DNA of 64,000 nucleotides from an uncultured delta proteobacterium (GCA_963806225.1 CAWDXG010000004.1:1312001-1376000), one strand, 5' to 3'. Counted from the first letter of the stretch, positions 16,688 through 27,907 are shown. The notes: generated by a model not told the origin, from the letters alone. Numbers and translations: made by a program.

Positions 16688-17989
16688 ATGAAAACCAATG
16701 GATTTCGCTTCGTAGCCGGCCCCCTGCTAGCCGCAACGCTGGCGCTGCCGCTGGCCGGCGGAGGCTGCAGCGCGGCCAAGGCCGCACAGGGGTGCAACGG
16801 ACTGGATGTCTCGGCGAAAGCCGACCTGACGGTGAAGTCCTTCGCGGACGCCGCCACCGAGCTGAAGGACGCGGCCGTGAAGGTCGAGGGCCAGTGGACC
16901 ACGGTCTGCAACGCCATCAACGCTGATCTCGGCGAGGACACCAGCAAGACCGACGCTGCGGGCGCGTGCGGCGTGCTCAACGCCCGCGTGGCCAGCGCTC
17001 TGAACGCCGGTGCCTCGGTGACGGTGAAAGCGAACTACACCTGCACTGCCGACGCCAGTGTCCAGGCGGACTGCCAGGGCAAGTGCGCGGCGGCTGCCAA
17101 GTGCGACATCGAGGCGTCCTGCACTCCCGCGGAGCTGTCGGGCACCTGCAGCGCCACCTGCTCGGGCTCCTGCACGGCACCGTCGGTCCAGTGCACCGGC
17201 CAGTGCACGGGCACCTGTTCGGCCAGCGCCGCAATCAGCTGTTCGGGCACGTGCGAGGGTAGCTGCGACGCGCCGAGCTGGAGCGGCACCTGCGACGCGG
17301 GCTGCTCCGCCCAGTTCAGCGGCACGTGCACGGGTACCTGCAACGGCCAGTGTGACGGGAAAGCCACCAACGGCACCGGCGACGGCAACTGCACCGGAAC
17401 CTGCGAAGGCACCTGCAGCGCAGGTGCGACCGGCAGCTGCAAGGCGACCTGCACCGGCCAGTTCAGCGGCGGCTCCTGCAGCGGCCAGTGCACCGGCAAG
17501 TGCACGACCGACGCGGCCGTGGACTGCCAGGGCACCTGCGACGGCACCTGCACCGCCACGCCGGCCAAGTGCGACGGAACGTGCACCGGCGGCTGTTCAG
17601 TCAAGTACACGGCGCCTCATTGCGACGGCAAGCTCAAATGCAACGTCGACGCCAACTGCCAGGCATCCTGCGACGGCCAGGCGAGCGCCAACGTGAAGTG
17701 CGGCGGGTCGACCGACGTGCAGGTCACGGGCGACGCGCAGCTGTACGCCGCTCTGTCGGCTCACAGTGCGGACATCGCCGCTGCCTTCGGCGCGACCATC
17801 AGCCTGAAGGACCAGATCTTCAAGCTGGCCGACCAGGTCGGCGGCGCGATCCAGGCCGTGGGCGACATCTCCGCGGCGGGCGCGACCTGCATGGCCAGCT
17901 CGCTCAAGGTGATGGGAGAGGCCAAGGCGTCGATCAACGTCTCGGTCAACGCCAGCGCCAGCGTGAACGGCAAGGCCAGCAGCGGCTGA
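16688..17989 (+). CDS. Cys-rich lipoprotein with CxGxCxGxC repeats
   Basis: RBS AAGGAG; lipobox-like LAGGGC; 43 Cys; central CxxxCxxxC repeats flanked by Ala-rich helical regions. Confidence 0.9.
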   Translation: MKTNGFRFVAGPLLAATLALPLAGGGCSAAKAAQGCNGLDVSAKADLTVKSFADAATELKDAAVKVEGQWTTVCNAINADLGEDTSKTDAAGACGVLNARVASALNAGASVTVKANYTCTADASVQADCQGKCAAAAKCDIEASCTPAELSGTCSATCSGSCTAPSVQCTGQCTGTCSASAAISCSGTCEGSCDAPSWSGTCDAGCSAQFSGTCTGTCNGQCDGKATNGTGDGNCTGTCEGTCSAGATGSCKATCTGQFSGGSCSGQCTGKCTTDAAVDCQGTCDGTCTATPAKCDGTCTGGCSVKYTAPHCDGKLKCNVDANCQASCDGQASANVKCGGSTDVQVTGDAQLYAALSAHSADIAAAFGATISLKDQIFKLADQVGGAIQAVGDISAAGATCMASSLKVMGEAKASINVSVNASASVNGKASSG

Positions 17990-18010
17990 CCTGAGCCCTC
18001 GCGGCAACCC

Positions 18011-18044
18011 GAAACCCTCCGGCGCTCCGGCGTCGGGGGGTTTC
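18011..18044 (+). terminator. Rho-independent terminator-like hairpin
   Basis: GAAACCCTCCGGCGC-tccg-GCGTCGGGGGGTTTC, 15-bp stem with two G-U pairs, about 20 nt after stop 17989. Confidence 0.65.
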
Positions 18045-18120
18045 GCGTATTTCCGGGGCCGGATCGAGATCGCGGGGGCCTAAAGACCTGACGCGCAGCG
18101 CCGTTTGTGGGGAGGGACAC

Positions 18121-19389
18121 GTGACCGTGATGCCAACCCAACCCATCCAGAGCCGCCTCGTGGACGGCAAGTACGCCCTGACCCGGCAGCTCGGCTCCGG
18201 CGCCGCCGGCGTCGTCTACGAGGCCGAGCACCTGCTCGTCGGCAAGCGCGTAGCGCTGAAGCTGCTGCGCCCGGAGCTCGCGCGGGATGCCGGCCTCTCG
18301 CGGCGCTTCGTAGCCGAAGCCCGCGCCGCCGCGCGCATTGGGCACGCGAACGTGGTCGACATCTTCGACCTGGGAGTTGCCCGCGACGGCACCTGCTACC
18401 TGGTCATGGAGTTCCTGGACGGCGAAACCCTGTTCGAGATACTCGAGCAGCGCGGCGCCCTACCGGCCTCCTACGCCTGCGAGCTGATGCTGCAGGTGCT
18501 CGCGGGGCTCGAGGCGGCGCACGAGCAGGGCATCGTGCACCGCGATCTGAAGCCGGCCAACGTAATGGTCACCCACCCGCGCCCCGACCGCCCGCTGGCC
18601 AAGGTGCTCGACTTCGGGATCGCCAAGGGCGTGCTCGACCCCGCGCTCCTCGACGAGGCCGGCATCGTGCTGGGCACCCCGCTCTACATGGCTCCGGAGC
18701 AGGCGCTGGGACTGGAAGTGGACGCGCGAACGGACGTGTACTCCGCCGCCGCGATCCTCTACGAACTCCTGGCAGGGGCCACGCGCTTCGAGGGCGACAC
18801 GCCCGAGCTCGTCCTCGCCGACGTGGTCGCGGGACGTCACCGTCCGCTCGCGGAAGCCGCGCCCTGGCTGCCGCCGCGCCTGGTCGAGGTGATCGAAGCC
18901 GCCCTGGCGCGCGATCCACAGCTGAGGCCCGCCAGCGCAGCCAGCTTCGCCGCCGGGCTCAGACCCTTTGTCGGCACCGAGCACGCCGGCTCCTTCGCCC
19001 CGAGCGTCCGCCCGTCGCTGGGACCGATCCCGTTGGTGCACTCGGTGTCCCGGCCGCGGCTCAAGCCCACGATGCTCGATCCCTCGGCGCCCGCGCTCGT
19101 CCTGCGCGCGCCCAGCTTCCCGGCGCGGATGCTGCGCTTGCCGCCGCGCGACCCGGCGGCCAGTGACTCGCTCCTGCGCTCGCCACGCATCCCTGCCGCA
19201 GCCTGCATGCCCCGGGAAGTCGCAGCCACGTATCCCACGACCGAACCGCCCGGACCGGAGCCGGAGCCGGAGCCGGAGCCACTCCCGATCAGCATCGCGG
19301 CCCGCATCGGTGTGCGCGCAGTACTAGTCGCGACCGCGCTCGGCTTCGGCGTAGGTCTGGCCGGCGCCTGGCTGGCGGGGCTCATCTGA
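18121..19389 (+). CDS. Ser/Thr protein kinase with C-terminal membrane anchor
   Basis: GSGAAGVVY, VALK, HRDLKPAN, DFG and GTPLYMAPE motifs; Pro-rich linker; hydrophobic tail at the very C-terminus. Confidence 0.9.
   Translation: MTVMPTQPIQSRLVDGKYALTRQLGSGAAGVVYEAEHLLVGKRVALKLLRPELARDAGLSRRFVAEARAAARIGHANVVDIFDLGVARDGTCYLVMEFLDGETLFEILEQRGALPASYACELMLQVLAGLEAAHEQGIVHRDLKPANVMVTHPRPDRPLAKVLDFGIAKGVLDPALLDEAGIVLGTPLYMAPEQALGLEVDARTDVYSAAAILYELLAGATRFEGDTPELVLADVVAGRHRPLAEAAPWLPPRLVEVIEAALARDPQLRPASAASFAAGLRPFVGTEHAGSFAPSVRPSLGPIPLVHSVSRPRLKPTMLDPSAPALVLRAPSFPARMLRLPPRDPAASDSLLRSPRIPAAACMPREVAATYPTTEPPGPEPEPEPEPLPISIAARIGVRAVLVATALGFGVGLAGAWLAGLI
19255..19278 (+). repeat. (CCGGAG)4 in-frame microsatellite encoding PEPEPEPE
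   Basis: Read directly from the sequence. Confidence 0.8.
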
Positions 19390-19452
19390 CGCCGGATTGC
19401 GCGCGCCCCCTTGCGCATCGGGGCCCGGGACCGGGTTGCATCGCCGGCCGCG

Positions 19453-19481
19453 TTGACAGGACCCAGCGCTGGTCCTAGTTC
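19453..19481 (+). promoter_or_regulatory. Sigma70-type promoter of apbC with inverted repeat in the spacer
   Basis: TTGACA (19453-58), 17-nt spacer, TAGTTC (19476-81); AGGACC-N7-GGTCCT covers the spacer. Confidence 0.5.
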
Positions 19482-19490
19482 ACCTGGGCC

Positions 19491-20387
19491 ATGAGCGAGA
19501 CGACTGAAGAGAGCCGCGAGGTCACGAGCCGCGTGATCGGGGACGACGACCCGGTGCCGGGCGTGAAGAACGTGATCCTGGTGATGAGCGGCAAGGGCGG
19601 CGTCGGCAAGAGCACGGTGGCCGCCAACCTGGCGCTCGCGCTGTCGCGCTCGGGTCACCGGGTGGGGCTGCTCGACGCCGACATCTACGGCCCCAGCATC
19701 CCGACCATGCTCGGCATCACCGGGCGCCCGGTCAGCGACGGGCAGAAGATCGTGCCGCTGCAGCGCTTCGGCGTGAAGCTGATGAGCATCGGCTTCCTGC
19801 TGGAAGACGAGCGGTCGGCCGTGGTGTGGCGCGGCCCGATGCTGCACGGGGCGCTCCTGCAGTTCATCAAGGACGTGGACTGGGGCGAGCTCGACTACCT
19901 GCTGCTGGATCTTCCGCCCGGCACCGGCGATATCGCGCTCACGCTGGCGCAGCGCGTGTCGACCAACGGCGCCGTGATCGTGACGACACCGCAAGAGGTG
20001 GCGCTGCAGGACGTGTACAAGTCGGTGTCGATGGCGCAGAAGGTCGGCATCCCGGTGCTGGGCGTCGTCGAGAACCAGAGCTATTTCGTGTGTGACGGCT
20101 GCGACAAGCGCCACGAGCTGTTTGGCAGCGGCGGCGGCGAGAAGGTCGCGGAAATGGCCGGAGCGCCGCTGCTCGGGCAGCTGCCGATCGACGCGAGCGT
20201 CCGCCAGTGGGGCGACGCCGGGACGCCGGTGGTCCAGGCTGCCCCGGGGTCGGCAATCGCCCGCGCCTTCGTGGAAGTCGCCGAAAAGCTGGCCGAGGAA
20301 GTGGACCGGACGAACACCGAACAGCCCGGCGGGCTTAGCATCGACCGCAGCGGCGGCGTCAACCGCCACCTGCCGGTCACCCGCTAG
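19491..20387 (+). CDS. apbC: Mrp/NBP35 family Fe-S cluster carrier ATPase
   Basis: SGKGGVGKST, LDADIYGPS, VVWRGPML, DLPPGTGD, TTPQ and GVVENQSYFVCDGC motifs. Confidence 0.93.
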   Translation: MSETTEESREVTSRVIGDDDPVPGVKNVILVMSGKGGVGKSTVAANLALALSRSGHRVGLLDADIYGPSIPTMLGITGRPVSDGQKIVPLQRFGVKLMSIGFLLEDERSAVVWRGPMLHGALLQFIKDVDWGELDYLLLDLPPGTGDIALTLAQRVSTNGAVIVTTPQEVALQDVYKSVSMAQKVGIPVLGVVENQSYFVCDGCDKRHELFGSGGGEKVAEMAGAPLLGQLPIDASVRQWGDAGTPVVQAAPGSAIARAFVEVAEKLAEEVDRTNTEQPGGLSIDRSGGVNRHLPVTR

Positions 20388-20485
20388 TTCCGGCCATCCC
20401 CGGGAGCAGATACCCCCACTCGCGATTGGCACCCGCCACGAGGCGCGATATACGCTCGTCCCTCTAGAGCCGAGACTGGTCCGCC

Positions 20486-22384
20486 ATGCCTTCCGACAAC
20501 ACCAATCCGACCGCCAACCCTCCGTCCACCGCTTCCGGCGAAGCAGCGCCCGCCGAGCCCGCGGCGGAAGCCCAGGTTGCGCCCGGAGCCACCACCGAGC
20601 CGGTGACGGCGCCCGAACCCGCGATCGAAGGCGCGACCGCGACCGAATCCGCGACCGAGCCCGAGACCGCGACCGAGCCCGAGACCGCGACCGAGCCCGA
20701 GTCCGCGACCGAGCCCGAGACCGTAGCGGCGACCGAGCCCGCGACCGAAGCCGCGACCGAGCCCGAGACCGCGACCGAGGCCGAGCCCGTAGCGGCGACC
20801 GGGCCCGAGCCCGAAGCCGAGCCCGCGCCCGGAACCGCGACCAGCCCGGCAGAGGCTGCCAGCGAGTCCGAAAGCGCCGACAAGAAGAAGAAGCGCCGCC
20901 GCAAGCGCAAGAAGAAGAAGCCCGCCGATGGCGACCGCGCCGAGGCCGCGCATCGCGGCCAGCGGCCGGCCAACGAGCGCGCGCCCTTCCACATCGGCGA
21001 GGACGTGTTTGGCAAGGTCACTGCCGTGCTGGACGACGCCATCATGGTCGACCTGTCCGGCAAGGCGCTGGCCATCTTCGACCGCGGCGAGATGGAGCCC
21101 GACGATCTGGTGCCGGAGATCGGCGACCGCTTCCTGGCGCACGTCCACAACGACGGCGCCCGCGGCGGCCTCGTCGTGCTCACACGCAAGCCACTGCGCG
21201 AAGAGGACGAGAAGCCGAAGCTCGAGCAGGCGGCCAAGGACGGCACGCTGGTCAAGGGGCTCGTCACCGGCGTCATCAAGGGAGGCGTCGAGGTGGACGT
21301 CGGCGGCGTACGCGCGTTCGCGCCCGCGTCGGGCATGGACCTCCACCCGGCCAACGCGAACTTCGCGTCGCTGCTCGGCCAACGCATGGAGTTCAAGGTC
21401 GTCCAGTTCAAGCCCGGCGGCCGCGATGTCGTGGTCACGCGCCGTCCCATGCTCGAGGCGGAAGCCCACGAGCGCCGCAAGCAGGCGCTGTCGCTGCTGA
21501 CCGAGGGTCAGGTGATGAAGGGCACCGTCCGCACCGTGGTGGACTGGGGCGCGTTCGTCGCCCTGCCCGAGGCAGAAAACCTCGAGGGCCTCGTCCACGT
21601 CTCCGAAGCCAGCCACGACCCGCGCGCGCGGATGGCCGAGCTGTTCAAGCCCGGCGACCAGATCGAGGTCAAGATCACCAAGATCGACGACAAGGGGAAG
21701 ATCTGGCTCAGCAGGAAGGCGCTGATCGAGGATCCCTGGGCGGAGGCCAAGGAGAAGTACGCCCCGGGCACCCGCCACAAGGGCAAGGTCACGCACCTGG
21801 AGAACTTCGGCGCCTTCGTCGAGCTCGAGCCAGGCATGGACGGCCTTCTGCACATCACGGATCTGTCTCTGCAGCGCATCGAGCATCCGAGCGAGCTCTT
21901 GAGCGAGGGGCAGGAGATCGAAGTCGTCATCAACCGTTTCGACCTCGAGAGCAAGAAGCTCTCGCTGCACCCCGCACCACCGCCCGAGCAGGCCGACGAA
22001 CCCCGTCAGAAGGTCGCGAAGAACGCCCGCGTCCAGGTCGAGGTGGTCAAGGCCGAAGGCACCGCCGGGCTCATCGTGCGGCTGCTCGGAGTGACCGGGC
22101 GCGCGGCGCGCGGCTTCATTCCGTCCGGGCAGACGGGCACGTCGCGCGGCACCGATCTGCGCAAGGCCTTCAAAGCGGGCACCCGGCTCGAGGCGAAGAT
22201 CATCGACGTGGATCCGCGCCGCCACGAGCCCAAGCTCAGCATCCGCGCGCTCAAGGAAGACGAGGAGCGCGCCGCCCACCGCGAATACCGGAAGGCGCTG
22301 CAGCAGGAGGGCGGCTTCGGCACGCTCGGCGATCTTCTGAAGAAGAAGCTCGGCGTAGGCAGCGAGGGCTCGAAAGAGTCCTGA
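20486..22384 (+). CDS. Multi-S1-domain RNA-binding protein (ribosomal protein S1 paralogue)
   Basis: Several S1 repeats (GLVTGVIKGG, WGAFV..EGLVHVSE, FGAFVEL..DGLLHITDL); RpsA-like tail GGFGTLGDLLKKKL; long acidic N-terminal extension. Confidence 0.85.
   Translation: MPSDNTNPTANPPSTASGEAAPAEPAAEAQVAPGATTEPVTAPEPAIEGATATESATEPETATEPETATEPESATEPETVAATEPATEAATEPETATEAEPVAATGPEPEAEPAPGTATSPAEAASESESADKKKKRRRKRKKKKPADGDRAEAAHRGQRPANERAPFHIGEDVFGKVTAVLDDAIMVDLSGKALAIFDRGEMEPDDLVPEIGDRFLAHVHNDGARGGLVVLTRKPLREEDEKPKLEQAAKDGTLVKGLVTGVIKGGVEVDVGGVRAFAPASGMDLHPANANFASLLGQRMEFKVVQFKPGGRDVVVTRRPMLEAEAHERRKQALSLLTEGQVMKGTVRTVVDWGAFVALPEAENLEGLVHVSEASHDPRARMAELFKPGDQIEVKITKIDDKGKIWLSRKALIEDPWAEAKEKYAPGTRHKGKVTHLENFGAFVELEPGMDGLLHITDLSLQRIEHPSELLSEGQEIEVVINRFDLESKKLSLHPAPPPEQADEPRQKVAKNARVQVEVVKAEGTAGLIVRLLGVTGRAARGFIPSGQTGTSRGTDLRKAFKAGTRLEAKIIDVDPRRHEPKLSIRALKEDEERAAHREYRKALQQEGGFGTLGDLLKKKLGVGSEGSKES
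20651..20722 (+). repeat. 18-bp tandem repeat x4 (GCGACCGAGCCCGAGACC; ATEPET), degenerate copies to ~20820
   Basis: Units start at 20651, 20669, 20687 (one mismatch) and 20705. Confidence 0.85.
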
Positions 22385-22391
22385 GCCCCAC

Positions 22392-23619
22392 CTACTCGCG
22401 GCGCAGCGCCTGGATCGGGTCCAGGCGCGCGGCACGACGGGCCGGCACGAAGCCGAACGCGACGCCGACCACGGTGCTGGTCAGGAGCGCCACCGCGAGC
22501 GCGCGCGGTGAAACCGCCATCGACCAGCCGAGCGCATGCGCCAGAGCCGCGATCGTTCCGATCGCGAGCAGTGCGCCCGCGATGCCGCCCGCCACCGCGA
22601 GCACCACGGCCTCGACCAGGAACTGCAGCATGATGTCCGCCTCGCGCGCGCCGATCGCCATGCGGATGCCGATCTCGCGGGTCCTCTCGGCGACGGATAC
22701 CAGCATGATGTTCATCACGCCGATGCCGCCGACCACGAGGCTCACCGCGGCAATCCCGAGCAGCAGCATGCTCAAGACGCCCATGATCTGCTGCTGCGCC
22801 TTCCGGAAGTCCTCCTGGCTGCGGATCCTGAAGTCGTTCTCGGCGCCTTCCGCCAGGTGATGGCGCTGGCGCAGGATGGCGGTAGCCTCGCGCTTGACCC
22901 GGGCCGACAGCTCCGGCCGCGCTGCGCTGAGCAGGATGCGGGACACCTGCCCCGGCCGTGTCGGCTGGAGCCGCGCGCGCATCGTCGCGGTCGGCATGGC
23001 GATGACATTGTCCTGGTCCTGCCCGAACGGGCTCTGGCCCTTTTCATCGAGCAGACCGACGACCATGAACGGATAGCGGCCGATGCGCACGGTATGGCCG
23101 ACCGGGTCCTCGCCGTGGAAGAGCTCGTCCTTCACGGTGGTGCCGACAACGACGACCTTCTCGCCGATGTTCTCCGCGCCCGCCGCCCAGAGGCTGCCGC
23201 TGTGCACCTTCCAGGCGCGCGCCTTGAAGAAGTCCCGCGTGGTGCCGATGACCTGCACGGTCGTGTTGGAGTCGCGCCACGCGACCTGCGAGAAGCCCGT
23301 GAGCAGCGGGGCCGCTGCTGTCACGCCGTGCGCCTCGCGTGCCAGTGCCGCGGCATCTCCCTCGGTCAGGAGCGGCGGCGACGACTCGTCGCGGATGCCG
23401 CTCTGCTGCGTCTCGCGCGGGATCACGATCAGCGCGTTTTCACCCAGGCTGTCGATGCGGCCGGACACGGCCTTGGTGGCCCCCTCCCCCAGCGCCACGA
23501 CAATCGTCACCGCTGCGACGCCGATCAGGATCCCGAACGCCGTCAGGACGCCCCTGAGCGCATTGCGCCGGAGCGCGCCCAGCGCCACCAGGAGCGCCGT
23601 CCACAGGAACCTGAGCGTC

Positions 23620-23627
<8 letters not shown>
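22392..23627 (-). CDS. ABC exporter permease, MacB/FtsX family
   Basis: LTAFGILIGVAAV, GGIGVMNIMLVSVAERTREIGIRMAIGA and PARRAARLDPIQALR motifs. Confidence 0.93.
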
Positions 23628-24839
<1,212 letters not shown>

Positions 24840-24843
<4 letters not shown>

Positions 24844-25614
24844 GGCCCGGGCCCGGGCAGCATCGCCGCGTCCACCGCGCCATGCGGCATGGCGGCCCAG
24901 GTCGCGGCGTCCAGAGGTTCGCGGTTCAGCTCGTCGCGCTCGATGCGGCCGTCGCGCATGGTCACGATCCGCGAGGCGCAGGCGGCGATGTCCGCTTCGT
25001 GGGTGACCAGCACGATCGTGATGCCGCTTTCCCGGACGAGGTTCTGCAGCAGCGCGAGCACTTCGTGGCTGGTGCGGGTGTCGAGATTGCCGGTCGGCTC
25101 GTCCGCGAGCAGCAGCGGGCGGCTGGGTCACCAGCGCGCGCGCGATCGCCACGCGCTGCTGCTGGCCGCCGGAAAGCTGCGCGGGGGTGTGGCCGGCGCG
25201 CTCGGCGAGCCCCACCTGCTCGAGCGCGTGGCGGGCCTGGCGGCGGCGCTGGCGCGCGCTCACGCCCCGGTAGACCAGCGGCAGCTCGACGTTCTCGAGC
25301 GCGGTGGTGCGGGGCAACAGGTTGAAGCCCTGGAACACGAAGCCGATCAGCCGATTGCGCACGATGGCGCGCGCATCCGCCGTCCGCCGTGTCACGTCGA
25401 CGCCCGCCAGCCGGTACGTTCCGCGCGTCGGCCGATCCAGGCAGCCGAGGATGTTCATCAGCGTGCTCTTGCCCGAGCCGCTCGCGCCGATGATCGCGAC
25501 GAACTCGCCGCTCCGCACGGCAAGGTCCACGCCTATCAGCGCATGCACCACTTCCGGCCCGCTGAGGTAGTCCTTGCCGACCTGCTCGATATCGATGAGC
25601 GGCCTGTCGCTCAT
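24840..25614 (-). CDS. ABC exporter ATP-binding subunit (LolD/MacB type), frameshifted near 25120
   Basis: GASGSGKST and [15 protein letters not shown]. After removing one extra base, the Walker B region [12 protein letters not shown] and VLVTHE follow in the frame of ORF 24840..25061. Confidence 0.88.
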
Positions 25615-25634
25615 GGTTCCATCCCCGATCCCCG

Positions 25635-26928
25635 CTAGAAGATCCGGAACCCCTTCTTCTTGTTCTCGCGCTGGTCGGTGATGACCAGGTCGCCGACCTT
25701 CATTTTCGACTTGTCGAGCTCCGTCCAGATGCCGTCGGTGATGCCGAGATCCACGACCTTCTCGCGGTACTTCTCCTGGCCCGGCGGGCCGCCTGCGGGC
25801 AGGTAGAGCCGCCCCTGGCCGGGCTTGATAGTGGTCTTCGGTTTGACCGACTTCTCCTTGCCGTCCTTGTCCTCTTCCGGGAGCGGCTTGAAGCGCAGCG
25901 CAGCGTTGCGCACGGCGATCACGTGGTGCGCCTCGCGCGTGCGGATGCTCACCGTCGCCGTCATGCCCGGGCGGAGCTTGATCTCGGGGTTGTCGACGTC
26001 GACGACCGCCGAGTAAGTCACCACGCCCTGGACGGTGTTCGGGCTGTAGCGCACCTGCGTCACACGCCCCTTGAACGTCTCGCCGGGAAACGCGTCGACG
26101 ACCACGTCGGCCTTCATGCCCTCCTTCAGCTTGCCGACGTCCGCCTCGTCGATGTCCGCGAGCACCTGCATCTTGGACAGATCCTGCGCGATCACGAACA
26201 GCACGGGCGCGGCAAAGCTGGCGGCGACGGTCTGCCCCGGATCGACGGCGCGGTTGATCACGACTGCCGTCGATGGGTGAAAAGATGCGCGTGTAGGCGA
26301 GCGTGGTGCGCGCGCTGGAGAGCTGCGCGCGGAGCTGGGAGATCTGCGCCTGGGAGGACGCGACGTCGGCCTCGGCGACGTCGTACGCTCCCTGGGCCTG
26401 GTCGACCTGCGCCTGCGACGTGAGGTTCTCCGCGAGCAGGCTCTTCTGCCGCCCGAGGGTCGACCTTCGCCGTGGCGAGCTGCGCCTTGGCGCGTTCCAG
26501 GCTCGCCTTGGCCGCCTTGAGCTGTGCGCCGGACTGGCTGACCTGCGCGCCGAACAGGCTGGGGTCGATCTCGGCGAGCAGATCGCCCTTCTTCACCTTG
26601 CTGTTGAAGTCGACCTTGACGTCGACGATGCGCCCGGACACCTGCGCGCCGACCTGCACCTCGGTCAGCGGCTTGACGGTGCCGGTGGACTCGACCTGTT
26701 CGACGATGTCGCGCGTCTCGATCTTCTGCGTCGTGAAGCGCGGCGGCGGCGGCGGCCGCGTCGCGCGTCGCCACACGACCAGACCGCCCACGAGCCCGCC
26801 AGCACCGCCAGCACCGAGAGCCGCCGGAGCCAGCGCCGCCCGCCCTGCGCCTGGAGCTCCTTCTCCAGGTCGCGCACGGCGTCGGTGACGAGGCCCGGTT
26901 CGGTGCCGTTTCCGTTTTCGTTCTGCAT
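25635..26928 (-). CDS. Efflux periplasmic adaptor (MacA/HlyD family), several frameshifts
   Basis: Pieces in different frames: MQNENGNGT..., STGTVKPLTEVQVGAQVSGRIVDVKVDFNSKVKKGDLLAEIDP, and GQTVAASFAAPVLF...IDEADVG...LRPGMTA. Confidence 0.85.
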
Positions 26929-27221
26929 GGGTGCTGCGGATGCCTTCCCGGTACGGAACTCCGGAGCCTGGGCCAGGCTTCCCGAACCGCGGCGTAGACT
27001 ACACGCTTGCGCGCGGGAGGGCAGCGCCGGGGAATCCAGTGTCGACAGAGTGGAGGATGGTGCCAGGCGTGATGCATCCGCCAAGCCCCGGACGCCCGGA
27101 GCGGTGCAGAAAGCGCCGCAGGGATCCGCTCGGGAGCGAGCCGGAAAACCCTGGAAATCCCGGGAGTTGACCCCGGGCGACGCAGAGCGTCGAAGCGAGC
27201 CCAATGCCGCGCTCCGCCTCG

Positions 27222-27285
27222 ATTGTCCAACCTGGCAGTGATGAACTATGGTCACCGGCCGCGGGAGGCTCTGCCCGACCTGGCA
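27222..27285. repeat. Imperfect direct repeat (TGYCCRACCTGGCA x2, 48 bp apart) in divergent intergenic region
   Basis: ATTGTCCAACCTGGCA (27222-37) and TCTGCCCGACCTGGCA (27270-85). Confidence 0.55.
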
Positions 27286-27317
27286 AGGCACAGCGCCCTC
27301 CACAAGCGCGGACCGGA

Positions 27318-27907
27318 ATGCCCGACAAGAGCGATCGCGAGTTGGTGGACGCCGCCCGGAAGGGCGATGCGAAGGCGTTCGGTGTCCTGGTCCGGCGCTA
27401 CCAGAAGCGCATCTACCGGCTGGCTGCCCACCTGCTGCGCGACAGCCGCGGAAGCCGAGGACGTGACGCAGGACACCTTCGTGCGCGCCTACGGGGCGCT
27501 GGATCGCTTCGACGGACGGAGCGCTCCGTTCACGTGGTTCTACCGGATCGCGGTCAACCTCTCGCTCAACGCCATCCGCTCGCGGAAGAACAAGCGCACC
27601 TCGACCACGCCCGACGATCCGCGCATCGAGGGCACGCTGGTGGAGCGGAGCGCGGCTCGTTCCAATCCGGGTGTGCTCGACAGCCGATCGCGAGTTGGCG
27701 AAGGCGGTCAGCGAGGGCATCGACGATCTGAGCGAGACGCTGCGCACGACGTTGGTGATGGTCAGCATCGACGGGCTGAGCCACGCAGAGGCTGCCGAAG
27801 TGCTCGGCTGCCCGGAGGGCACCGTCGCCTGGCGGGTCCACGAAGCCCGCAAGAAGCTGCGTGCCTACCTGGAAAAGCGCGGCTACCACCGAAAAGGAAA
27901 CGAGTGA
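27318..27907 (+). CDS. ECF (sigma-70 group 4) RNA polymerase sigma factor, two frameshifts (~27447, ~27680)
   Basis: SDRELVDAARKGDAKAFGVLVRRYQ; AEDVTQDTFVRAY...FTWFYRIAVN (region 2); GLSHAEAAEVLGCPEGTVAWRVHEARKKL (region 4). Confidence 0.88.
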
